Shown: piece after piece, positions 19,981 through 29,373 of the stretch
Position numbering within the stretch: position 1 is the first letter of the stretch
How the letters are laid out: every line of letters starts with the position of its first letter
Source of the DNA: an uncultured Sphaerotilus sp.
Lineage (GTDB): Bacteria > Pseudomonadota > Gammaproteobacteria > Burkholderiales > Burkholderiaceae_C
Assembly: GCF_963924895.1 (NCBI RefSeq)
Contig: NZ_CAWURG010000037.1
Location: forward strand, 35,027 to 99,026
Length of the DNA: 64,000 nucleotides
Direction: 5' to 3'
Program-made: the position numbers and the translations under genes
Notes under the pieces: generated by a model
The model's database searches: none
What the model saw: the letters and a program-made list of their open reading frames with translations, nothing else
What the model was told of the DNA's origin: nothing

Positions 19981-20775
19981 ATGCAGTTTCCGATTGCCCA
20001 GGGTATGGCGGTGGCTGCGCTGGTGCTGGTCGCCGGCAGCGCGCAGTCGGCGTCCTGCGACAAGCCGCTGTTCCTGACCTTCGACACCGGCCACATGGGT
20101 GTCGCGCCACTGGTGGCCGAGGTGCTGGCGCGCCAGCAGGTCAAGGCGACCTTCTTCCTCGCCAACGAGCGCACGAAGACCGAGGGCCGCAGCCTCGACG
20201 CCGAGTGGACGCCGTGGTGGAAGGCCCGCGTGGCGGAAGGCCACCTGTTCGGCTCGCACACCTTCGACCACGTCTACTGGCGTGCCGACCGGGGCGACGG
20301 CAGCTTCGACATGCGCCCGACCTTCGGCCCGCAGGCCGACCGCACGCTCCGCATGGACGCCGCGGCCTACTGTGCCGAGCTGCAGCGCTCCGCCACCCGC
20401 TTCACCGAGATGACTGGCCAGCGCATGGCGCCGCTGTTCCGCGCGCCGGGCGGCAAGACCTCGCCCGCGCTGCTCGCGGCGGCTGCGCAGTGCGGCTGGC
20501 AGCATGTCCCGTGGAGCCCGGCCGGCTTCCTCGGCGACGAGCTGTCGAGCGAGAAATTCCCCAACGCTACCTTGCTGCAGAAGGCCTTGCGCGACATCCG
20601 CCCCGGCGACATCCTGCTGGCACACCTGGGCATCTGGTCGCGCCAGGATCCGTGGGCGCCCGCCGTGCTGGAGCCGCTGCTCACCGGCCTCAAGCAGCGC
20701 GGCCACTGCTTCGCGACGCTGGCCGAGCACCCGGCCTACCGCGCCGCGCTGCAGGCGACGCCGACCCGGCCATGA
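19981..20775 (+). CDS. Polysaccharide deacetylase family protein (NodB homology), secreted
   Basis: ATG 19981 follows a GAGGA RBS; the track starts at GTG 19978. Signal peptide, then NodB-like motifs FLTFDTGH and GSHTFDHVYW and ILLAHLG. Only 7 nt separate it from the upstream stop. Confidence 0.75.
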   Translation: MQFPIAQGMAVAALVLVAGSAQSASCDKPLFLTFDTGHMGVAPLVAEVLARQQVKATFFLANERTKTEGRSLDAEWTPWWKARVAEGHLFGSHTFDHVYWRADRGDGSFDMRPTFGPQADRTLRMDAAAYCAELQRSATRFTEMTGQRMAPLFRAPGGKTSPALLAAAAQCGWQHVPWSPAGFLGDELSSEKFPNATLLQKALRDIRPGDILLAHLGIWSRQDPWAPAVLEPLLTGLKQRGHCFATLAEHPAYRAALQATPTRP

Positions 20776-21755
20776 TCGACACGCTCGTCGATGTCTTCGG
20801 GCAGGCCCAGCAGTGGCTCTACGAGACCGCCGTGCAACCAGTGGTGTTCGCGCTGGGCGGCGGCTCGATCCTGGAGGATGCCTACAACGCGACCGGCTGG
20901 CTGCTGGTCGGGCTGCTGCAGATCGCGGTGATGCTGGCGGTGATCGGGCCGCTGCAGCGCTGGCGGCCGCTGCAGCCGATGCTGGACCGCGCCGCTGTCC
21001 GCACCGACATCCTCTACACGCTGCTCCACCGGCTCGGGCTGTTCCAGGTGGCGATGTTCTTCGCCTTCGATCCGCTGTGGAATGCGCTGTGGGGCTGGCT
21101 GGCGGTGCACGGCGTCACTGGCTGGCAGCTCGACACGCTGATCGCCCCGCTGTGGCCGGGTGTGAGCGACACGGCGCTGGCGGCCTTCGTGGTCTACCTC
21201 GTGGTGTTCGACCTGGCCAACTACCTGCTGCACCGCGGGCAGCACGCGTTCGACTGGTGGTGGGCGCTGCACGCTGTCCACCACAGCCAGCGCCAGATGA
21301 CGATGTGGACCGACAACCGCAACCACCTGCTCGACTCGGTGATCGTCGACCTGCTGTTCGTGCAGATCGGCCACGCGATCGGTGTGGCGCCGGGGCAGTT
21401 CGTCGCCGTGGTGGCGCTGTCGCAGCTCGTCGAGAACCTGTCGCACGCCAATGTGCGCATGGGTTTCGGCTGGCTGGGCGAGCGGCTGCTGGTCAGTCCG
21501 CACTACCACCGCATCCACCACAGTCTGGGCATCGGCCACGAGTCCGACGGCAAGGGCACGCTGGGCGGACACAACTTCTCGGTGCTGCTGCCGGTGTGGG
21601 ACCTGCTGTTCGGCACCGCGCGCTTCGAGGGCCGGCCTGGCGACACCGCCACCGGCATCCGCGACCAGCTGCCCGAAGAGGGCGGGCGCGACTACGGGCG
21701 CGGCTTCTGGGCGCAGCAGCGGCTGGGCCTGCTGCGGCTGGTCGGGCGCGCCTGA
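20772..21755 (+). CDS. Sterol desaturase / fatty-acid hydroxylase superfamily membrane protein
   Basis: Start ATG 20772 overlaps the upstream stop (ATGA). Histidine boxes HRGQHAFDWWWALHAVHH and SPHYHRIHHS lie in a multi-TM protein. The track's longer ORF (from 20205) overlaps the deacetylase gene. Confidence 0.8.
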   Translation: MIDTLVDVFGQAQQWLYETAVQPVVFALGGGSILEDAYNATGWLLVGLLQIAVMLAVIGPLQRWRPLQPMLDRAAVRTDILYTLLHRLGLFQVAMFFAFDPLWNALWGWLAVHGVTGWQLDTLIAPLWPGVSDTALAAFVVYLVVFDLANYLLHRGQHAFDWWWALHAVHHSQRQMTMWTDNRNHLLDSVIVDLLFVQIGHAIGVAPGQFVAVVALSQLVENLSHANVRMGFGWLGERLLVSPHYHRIHHSLGIGHESDGKGTLGGHNFSVLLPVWDLLFGTARFEGRPGDTATGIRDQLPEEGGRDYGRGFWAQQRLGLLRLVGRA

Positions 21756-21811
21756 CCCAGGCCTGAGCCGGTCTGTACCAGGGGTGTCAGCGCTGCGGAC
21801 GCCGAGTCGCT

Positions 21812-22732
21812 ATGCTGGCGCCCATGTCCAAAATCCTTGATGCCTTCTGGCGCGCGATGGCGTATTGCCTGCTGCCGCGCGTGATTTTCCTGTCGCTGCT
21901 GCCGGTGCTGCTGCTCGGCGGGCTCGCGTTCGGCCTGGCGTGGTTCTTCTGGGATCCCGCGGTCGAGGGCGTTCGGCAGTTCATGGTGGACACGCCGATG
22001 CTGTCCCCCGTCACCGCCTGGATCGACAAGTTCACCGGCGGCGCCTTCCGCAGCGTGATCGGGCCGCTGGTCGTGGTGGCGCTGACGGTGCCGGTGCTGA
22101 TCGTGGCCTCGCTGCTGCTGGTGTCGACCTTCATGGGCGCGACCGTGGTCACGCTGGTGGCCAAGCGCCGGTTCGAGACCCTGGAGCGCCGCCACGGCGG
22201 GCGCTGGTGGCAGGCGCTGTGGTGGTCGCTGGGCTCGACGCTGCTGGCGCTGGTGGTGATGGTCGTCAGCCTGCCGCTGTGGGTGATCCCGCCGCTGGCG
22301 CTGCTGGTGCCGCCGCTGATCTGGGGCTGGCTGACCTACCGCGTGATGGTCTACGACGCGCTGGCCGACCACGCCACCCACGAGGAGCGCCTGGCCATCA
22401 TGCGCCGCCACCGCACGCCGCTGCTGGTGATTGGCATCGTCTCGGGCTACCTGGGCGCGGCACCGTCGCTGATCTGGGCGATGGGCGCGCTGGCGCTGCC
22501 GATGATGCCGCTGCTGATCCCGGTGTTCGTCTGGCTCTACACGCTGGTGTTCGTGCTGGCGGCGCTGTGGTTCACGCATTACAGCCTGGCGGCGCTGGAC
22601 GCGCTGCGCCGTGAACAGGCCGTCGAGGTGCTGCCGCCGGTGGGGACGCCTGCGCCCGCCGCTCCTGCCTTGCCGGGCAGCCCGACCGCTGGCTCCGGCC
22701 CCGATTCCTTCCCACCCATCGCCCTCCCATGA
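21812..22732 (+). CDS. EI24/CysZ-like integral membrane protein
   Basis: 306 aa. Multi-TM with the EI24-family look (LLPRVIFLSLLPVLLLGGLAFGLAWFFW ... PPLIWGWLTYRVMVYDAL) and a Pro/Ala-rich C-terminal tail. An alternative start lies at 21824. Confidence 0.6.
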   Translation: MLAPMSKILDAFWRAMAYCLLPRVIFLSLLPVLLLGGLAFGLAWFFWDPAVEGVRQFMVDTPMLSPVTAWIDKFTGGAFRSVIGPLVVVALTVPVLIVASLLLVSTFMGATVVTLVAKRRFETLERRHGGRWWQALWWSLGSTLLALVVMVVSLPLWVIPPLALLVPPLIWGWLTYRVMVYDALADHATHEERLAIMRRHRTPLLVIGIVSGYLGAAPSLIWAMGALALPMMPLLIPVFVWLYTLVFVLAALWFTHYSLAALDALRREQAVEVLPPVGTPAPAAPALPGSPTAGSGPDSFPPIALP

Positions 22733-23526
22733 ACTTCGGCCTCATCATCATCGGCGACGAGATCCTCTCGGGCAAACGCCAGGACAAGCACCTCGCCAAG
22801 GTCATCGAACTGCTGTCGGCCCGCGGGTTGTCACTGGCCTGGAGCACCTACGTCGGCGACGACCCGCGCCGCATCACCGACACGCTGCGCGGGGCGTTTG
22901 CCAGCGGCGACGTGGTGTTCTCCTGCGGTGGCATCGGCGCGACGCCGGACGACCACACGCGCCAGTGCGCGGCGGCCGCGCTGGGCGTGCCGCTGGCGCT
23001 GCACCCCGAGGCCTACGAACTCATCATGGAGCGGGTGCGCCAGATGGCGATCGAGAAGGGCTGGAGCGACGACCCGAGCCACCCCGACACGGTCCACCGC
23101 ACGAACATGGGCGTGTTCCCGGTCGGCGCGCAGATCATCCCGAACCCGTACAACAAGATCCCCGGCTTCTCGGTCGGCGATGTGCACTTCGTCCCCGGTT
23201 TCCCGGTGATGGCGCATCCGATGATCGAGGCGCTGCTCGACAGCCGCTACGCCCACCTGCATGGCGCCGGGGTGCAGGAAGAGCGCTCGGTCATCGTCTA
23301 CGGCTCGATGGAGGCCAGCCTCACGCCGCTGATGATCGACATCGAGGCTCGTTTCGAGGGCATCAAGGTCTTCAGCCTGCCCAGCGTGGACCACCCGGTG
23401 CATGGCCGGCACATCGAACTCGGGGTCAAGGGGCGTCCCGGCGAGGCGTTGCAACAGGCCTATGCGGCCCTGCTGCACGGGCTGCAGTCGCCCGACATTC
23501 TGTTGGGCCCTGAAATGGTGCGTTGA
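22729..23526 (+). CDS. Molybdopterin-binding (MoCF/CinA-like) domain protein
   Basis: 265 aa. LIIIGDEILSGKRQDKH ... VFSCGGIGATPDDHT is the MoCF-biosynthesis / CinA N-terminal domain signature. ATGA overlap with the upstream gene. Confidence 0.75.
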   Translation: MNFGLIIIGDEILSGKRQDKHLAKVIELLSARGLSLAWSTYVGDDPRRITDTLRGAFASGDVVFSCGGIGATPDDHTRQCAAAALGVPLALHPEAYELIMERVRQMAIEKGWSDDPSHPDTVHRTNMGVFPVGAQIIPNPYNKIPGFSVGDVHFVPGFPVMAHPMIEALLDSRYAHLHGAGVQEERSVIVYGSMEASLTPLMIDIEARFEGIKVFSLPSVDHPVHGRHIELGVKGRPGEALQQAYAALLHGLQSPDILLGPEMVR

Positions 23527-23543
23527 TGCACGTGATTGGTGCA
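23527..23543. promoter_or_regulatory. Candidate NtrC binding site upstream of glnA
   Basis: TGCACGTGATTGGTGCA compared with the consensus TGCACCA-N3-TGGTGCA: the right half is perfect and the left half matches 5/7. It lies about 105 nt upstream of the sigma-54 promoter candidate. Confidence 0.5.
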
Positions 23544-23647
23544 CTTGGCAGAATATGCTGCACTGCGGTGCCACCGAAGTGCCGAATTTCACCAGATGAA
23601 TCCGAGTCGGCAACAGCTTGCAAAGTGACTGCACCGCCAAAGGGATC

Positions 23648-23663
23648 GGGCATGGATTCTGCT
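23648..23663 (+). promoter_or_regulatory. Candidate sigma-54 (-24/-12) promoter of glnA
   Basis: GGGCATGGATTCTGCT has GG and GC dinucleotides at the canonical 12-nt register (consensus TGGCAC-N5-TTGC). It ends 86 nt upstream of the glnA ATG. The match is imperfect. Confidence 0.35.
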
Positions 23664-23749
23664 ACATTGCTTGGCGGTTCTCAGCCCGGCTGAGCGCCCG
23701 GAAAATACCCCCTCATTCATTTCATTTCCCATCTCGCTAGGAGCCTCTG

Positions 23750-25165
23750 ATGGCCAAGACCGTCGCCGACGTGATGAAGCTGGTGAAGGAAAACGAAGTC
23801 AAGTTCGTCGACTTCCGTTTCACCGACACCCGTGGCAAGGAACAGCACGTCTCGGTGCCCGTTTCCCACTTCGATGAAGACAAGTTCACGTCGGGTCATG
23901 CATTCGACGGCTCGTCGATCGCCGGCTGGAAGGGCATTGAAGCCTCGGACATGCAGCTCATGCCCGACCCGAACACGGCCAACATCGACCCGTTCTTCGA
24001 AGAGACCACGCTGATCCTGACCTGCGACGTCATCGATCCGGCCGACGGCAAGGCCTACGAGCGCGACCCGCGCTCGCTGGCCAAGCGCGCCGAGGCCTAC
24101 ATGAAGTCGACCGGCCTGGGTGACACCGCCTTCTTCGGTCCGGAACCCGAGTTCTTCGTGTTCGACAGCGTGCGCTGGGGTGCGGACATGTCCGGCTCCT
24201 TCTGCTCCATCGAGTCGGAAGAAGCGGCCTGGAACACCGGCAAGGACTACGAGCACGGCAACAAGGGCTTCCGCCCGACCGTCAAGGGTGGTTACTTCCC
24301 CGTGCCGCCGGTCGATTCGGGCCAGGACATGCGCTCGGAGATGTGCCTGATCCTCGAATCGATGGGCATCCCGGTCGAAGTGCACCACCACGAAGTGGCC
24401 AACGCCGGCCAGATGGAAATCGGCACCCGTTTCAGCACGCTGATCCAGCGCGCCGACTGGGTCCAGCTCCAGAAGTACATCATCCACAACGTCGCGGGCG
24501 CCTACGGCAAGACCGCCACGTTCATGCCGAAGCCGATCGTTGGCGACAACGGTTCGGGCATGCACGTCCACCAGTCGGTGTGGAAGGATGGCGTCAACCT
24601 GTTCGCCGGTGACGGCTATGCCGGCCTGAGCGACTTCGCCCTGTACTACATCGGCGGCATCATCAAGCACGCCCGTGCGCTGAACGCGATCACCAACCCC
24701 GGCACCAACAGCTACAAGCGCCTGGTCCCGGGCTACGAAGCCCCGGTGAAGCTGGCCTACTCGGCCAAGAACCGCTCGGCCTCGATCCGCATTCCGTACG
24801 TCGCGAACCCGAAGGGTCGTCGCGTGGAAGCCCGCTTCCCGGATCCCCTGATGAACCCGTACCTGGGTTTCGCCGCGCTGCTGATGGCCGGCCTGGACGG
24901 CGTCGAGAACAAGATCCACCCGGGCGAAGCCGCCACGAAGGATCTGTACCACCTGCCGCCGGAAGAAGACGCGCTGATCCCGACCGTGTGCTCGAGCCTC
25001 GAACAGGCGCTGGAGTATCTGGACAAGGGCCGCTCGTTCCTGACCAAGGGTGGCGTGTTCACCGATTCGTACATCGACGCGTACATCGATCTGAAGATGC
25101 AGGAAGTCCAGCGCATGCGCATGACGACCCATCCGATCGAGTTCGACATGTACTACACGCTGTGA
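23750..25165 (+). CDS. glnA: Glutamine synthetase, type I
   Basis: 471 aa. [33 protein letters not shown], and an adenylylation-site context [10 protein letters not shown]. Confidence 0.97.
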   Translation: MAKTVADVMKLVKENEVKFVDFRFTDTRGKEQHVSVPVSHFDEDKFTSGHAFDGSSIAGWKGIEASDMQLMPDPNTANIDPFFEETTLILTCDVIDPADGKAYERDPRSLAKRAEAYMKSTGLGDTAFFGPEPEFFVFDSVRWGADMSGSFCSIESEEAAWNTGKDYEHGNKGFRPTVKGGYFPVPPVDSGQDMRSEMCLILESMGIPVEVHHHEVANAGQMEIGTRFSTLIQRADWVQLQKYIIHNVAGAYGKTATFMPKPIVGDNGSGMHVHQSVWKDGVNLFAGDGYAGLSDFALYYIGGIIKHARALNAITNPGTNSYKRLVPGYEAPVKLAYSAKNRSASIRIPYVANPKGRRVEARFPDPLMNPYLGFAALLMAGLDGVENKIHPGEAATKDLYHLPPEEDALIPTVCSSLEQALEYLDKGRSFLTKGGVFTDSYIDAYIDLKMQEVQRMRMTTHPIEFDMYYTL

Positions 25166-25206
25166 TGCTGCCAGGGTCTGGTCGCTGATCAGGCCGGAGT
25201 ACACGA

Positions 25207-25232
25207 AAGGCGGCCTGCGGGCCGCCTTTTTT
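25207..25232 (+). terminator. Rho-independent terminator after glnA
   Basis: The GGCGGCC / TGCG / GGCCGCC hairpin is followed immediately by TTTTTT, about 40 nt after the glnA stop. Confidence 0.8.
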
Positions 25233-25252
25233 ATGGTCCATACTGCGGCGCG

Positions 25253-25831
25253 ATGAGCACGACCTTTCTTCCGCGCATGTTGCGCACGACGATGGCGATG
25301 GCCCTGGTGGCTGGTTCGACTGTGGCTGGCGCCCAGGAGCGTCCGGTTTACCGCTGCCCCGGCAACCTCTACACCGACCAGTACAGCGCCAAGGAGGCGG
25401 CCGAACTGGGCTGCAAGACGCTGGACGGCGCGCCGGTGTCGGTGGTGCAGTCGCCCGTGCGGCGTCCCGCTAGCAGCAGTGGTGGCGGTGGCGGTGGCGG
25501 TGGCGGTGGCGGGGAGGGTGCTGGCGCCCGCCCGGCCAGCGGCGCGGCGCCGGCGGCCCGTGCCAGTGGCGAGATGCGGGTCGACCCGGCCCAGCAGCGC
25601 GCCCGCGACAGCGACGCCCGGCGCATCCTCGAAGCCGAGCTGCGCAAGGAGGAGGAGCGCCTCGCCGCGCTGCAGAAGGACTACAACCAGGGCGAGCCCG
25701 AGCGCCGCGGTGACGAACGCAACTTCGCGCGTTACCAGGAGCGTGTGGGCGAGATGAAGGCCTCCATCGCCCGCAAGGAAGCCGACGTCGCCGCCCTCAA
25801 GCGCGAACTCGCCAAACTGCCCGCCCCATGA
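25253..25831 (+). CDS. DUF4124-type secreted protein with poly-Gly tract and charged coiled-coil tail
   Basis: 192 aa. Signal peptide, then VYRCPGNLYTDQYSAKEAAELGCKTL (DUF4124-like), then SSSGGGGGGGGGGEG, and a Glu/Arg-rich C-terminus. Sits between glnA and ntrB, as in many Burkholderiales. Confidence 0.65.
   Translation: MSTTFLPRMLRTTMAMALVAGSTVAGAQERPVYRCPGNLYTDQYSAKEAAELGCKTLDGAPVSVVQSPVRRPASSSGGGGGGGGGGGEGAGARPASGAAPAARASGEMRVDPAQQRARDSDARRILEAELRKEEERLAALQKDYNQGEPERRGDERNFARYQERVGEMKASIARKEADVAALKRELAKLPAP
25481..25510 (+). repeat. (GGTGGC)x5 perfect hexanucleotide tandem repeat inside the DUF4124 gene
   Basis: Five uninterrupted GGTGGC units, read directly from the sequence, encode part of the poly-Gly tract. 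Confidence 0.95.
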
Positions 25832-26913
25832 ACCTGACGCGCTCCCACGCCAACGCCTTCGACGCGTTCGACCACCTGGCCACGATGGTGGCCGTGCTGC
25901 GCCGCGACGGCCGCTGCGTCTACGTGAATGCCGCCTTCGAGAGCGTGCTCGGCCTGCCGCGGCGGGCGCTGCAGCGCGGGCGGGTGTTCGACTGGTTCGT
26001 CGATCCCGCCACGCTGAAGGTCACCTTCGATGCGGTGGTCGCCAACGAATTTGCCACCGCCCGGCTGGAAGCGCTGCTGCGGCGGCCGCCCGGCGCGGCG
26101 TCGACCGAGCCGCTGCCGGTCCACGCCATCGTCACCCAGATCGACCACGGCGAGCAGGTGCTGCTGGAACTGGTCGAGATCGAGCAGCAGACCCGCCAGG
26201 ACCGCGAGACCCGCACGCTCGACCAGGCCCGCATCACCAAGGAACTCATCCGCAACCTCGCCCACGAGATCAAGAACCCGCTGGGCGGCATCCGGGGCGC
26301 GGCACAGCTGCTGGAGATGGACCTGGAGAGCAAGGCCCTGCGCGAATACACCCAGGTCATCATCCATGAGGCCGACCGCCTGCAGGCGCTGGTGGACCGG
26401 CTGCTCGCGCCGCACCGGCGGCCGCACATGGTCACGGACGTCAACATCCACGAGGTGCTGGAGCGGGTGCGGGCGCTGATCCTGGCCGAATTCCCCAAGG
26501 GACTTTCGGTGCAGCGCGACTACGACATCTCGCTGCCCGAGTTCCGCGGCGACGGCGAGCAGCTGATCCAGGCCGTGCTCAACATTGCCCACAACGCGGC
26601 GCAGGCGCTGACCTCGCGGCGTCAGGAGGAGGGCGATGCCCGCATCGTGCTGCGCACCCGCGCGGCGCGGCAGGTGACGATCGGACGGCAGCGCTACCGG
26701 CTGGCACTGGAATTGCATATCGAAGACAACGGACCCGGCGTGCCGCCCGAGATCCGTGACCGCATCTTCTTCCCGCTGGTTTCTGGCCGGGACGGTGGTT
26801 CAGGCCTCGGACTGACGCTGGCACAGGACTTCATCCAGCAGCACCATGGCCTGATCGAATGCGAGAGCGAACCCGGGTGCACGCTGTTCAAGATACAGAT
26901 TCCGCTGCCTTGA
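25828..26913 (+). CDS. glnL: Nitrogen regulation sensor histidine kinase NtrB
   Basis: 361 aa. PAS-like N-terminus, H-box LAHEIKNPLGGIRGAAQLL, and an ATPase domain (DNGPGVP, GGSGLGL). ATGA overlap with the upstream gene. Confidence 0.9.
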   Translation: MNLTRSHANAFDAFDHLATMVAVLRRDGRCVYVNAAFESVLGLPRRALQRGRVFDWFVDPATLKVTFDAVVANEFATARLEALLRRPPGAASTEPLPVHAIVTQIDHGEQVLLELVEIEQQTRQDRETRTLDQARITKELIRNLAHEIKNPLGGIRGAAQLLEMDLESKALREYTQVIIHEADRLQALVDRLLAPHRRPHMVTDVNIHEVLERVRALILAEFPKGLSVQRDYDISLPEFRGDGEQLIQAVLNIAHNAAQALTSRRQEEGDARIVLRTRAARQVTIGRQRYRLALELHIEDNGPGVPPEIRDRIFFPLVSGRDGGSGLGLTLAQDFIQQHHGLIECESEPGCTLFKIQIPLP

Positions 26914-26982
26914 CCCCTGTGGCGCCTGCGCCAGTGGGGTCCGGGCTCCGAACCGACCTGCTGACAGGCTGACAGGCATCGC

Positions 26983-28503
<1,521 letters not shown>

Positions 28504-28608
28504 GCCCGCCGGGTTTGACCTGCCTCAACAGTCGGGCGGGCGACTTGGGAGACAGTGCAAGCAGGTTCTTCCCCTTCTGCTCACCTCGACTTGCTCTGAT
28601 TGCCGCCC

Positions 28609-29358
28609 ATGGAGATGTACCCCCCTCTCGCGGGGCCTTGGCCCCGGCCCCGCCGTCGCCTCGCCGGTGCGCCACCGGCTGCGGCCGACCCGGCGCCTTG
28701 GCTGCGGGTGCTGTCTGCGTCCACGCTGGGATCCGCCGATGTCGATCTGTTGATGCACCTGGCACACCGCCGCACAGTGGCCGCAGGCGACGCGGTGCTC
28801 GACCGCAGCGCGCCAGCCATTGCGCTGGTGCTGCTGCTGTCCGGCGATGTGGTGCTGGGTTCGCGCGCAGCGGATGGTTGCCTGCGCACCGAGCGCAGCG
28901 TGACCGGCCCGGCGTGGCTGGACGTCAGTGCAGCCTGGCTCGGCCAGCCCTATGCGATGGAGGCCCAGGCCCTGTCGGACGTGGTGGTGGCCGATCTGCC
29001 GCTGGAGGCCGTCCGCGACCAGATGACGAGCCACCCGACGCTGGCCCAGCAGTTCTGCGAGACGCTGGCGCAGCAGGTGCAGCAGATGACGATGGCCTCG
29101 CGCAACCTGCTGCACAACGACGCGCCGGCCCGGCTGGCGCAGTGGCTGCTGCAGCGCCTGCCGCAGCGCAGCGGTCAGGCCGAGTTGCGCCTGCAGGAGC
29201 GCAAGCGCGACATCGCCCAGCAGCTCGCCATGTCGCCCGAGACCCTGTCGCGGCTGATGCGCAGCTTCGAGTCGCGCGGGGTGCTGTCGGTGCGCGGCTA
29301 CCAGGTGCAGGTCCGCGATGTGGACGAATTGCGGGCGCTGGCCGGCACGGTGGCCTGA
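28609..29358 (+). CDS. Crp/Fnr family transcriptional regulator
   Basis: cNMP-binding-like beta-barrel region followed by the HTH RKRDIAQQLAMSPETLSRLMRSFESRGVL. The track start at 28600 is a TTG; the first ATG is at 28609. Confidence 0.75.
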   Translation: MEMYPPLAGPWPRPRRRLAGAPPAAADPAPWLRVLSASTLGSADVDLLMHLAHRRTVAAGDAVLDRSAPAIALVLLLSGDVVLGSRAADGCLRTERSVTGPAWLDVSAAWLGQPYAMEAQALSDVVVADLPLEAVRDQMTSHPTLAQQFCETLAQQVQQMTMASRNLLHNDAPARLAQWLLQRLPQRSGQAELRLQERKRDIAQQLAMSPETLSRLMRSFESRGVLSVRGYQVQVRDVDELRALAGTVA

Positions 29359-29373
29359 ACCCGCGCGTTCAGG

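Noticed and set aside
23545-23562. TTGGCAGAATATGCTGCA as the glnA sigma-54 promoter
   Set aside because: The GG to GC spacing is 10 or 13 nt rather than the required 12. The downstream element at 23648-23663 fits better.
28504-28541. Hairpin GCCCGCC-N24-GGCGGGC after ntrC as an intrinsic terminator
   Set aside because: The loop is long and there is no following T-tract, so it is too weak to annotate.
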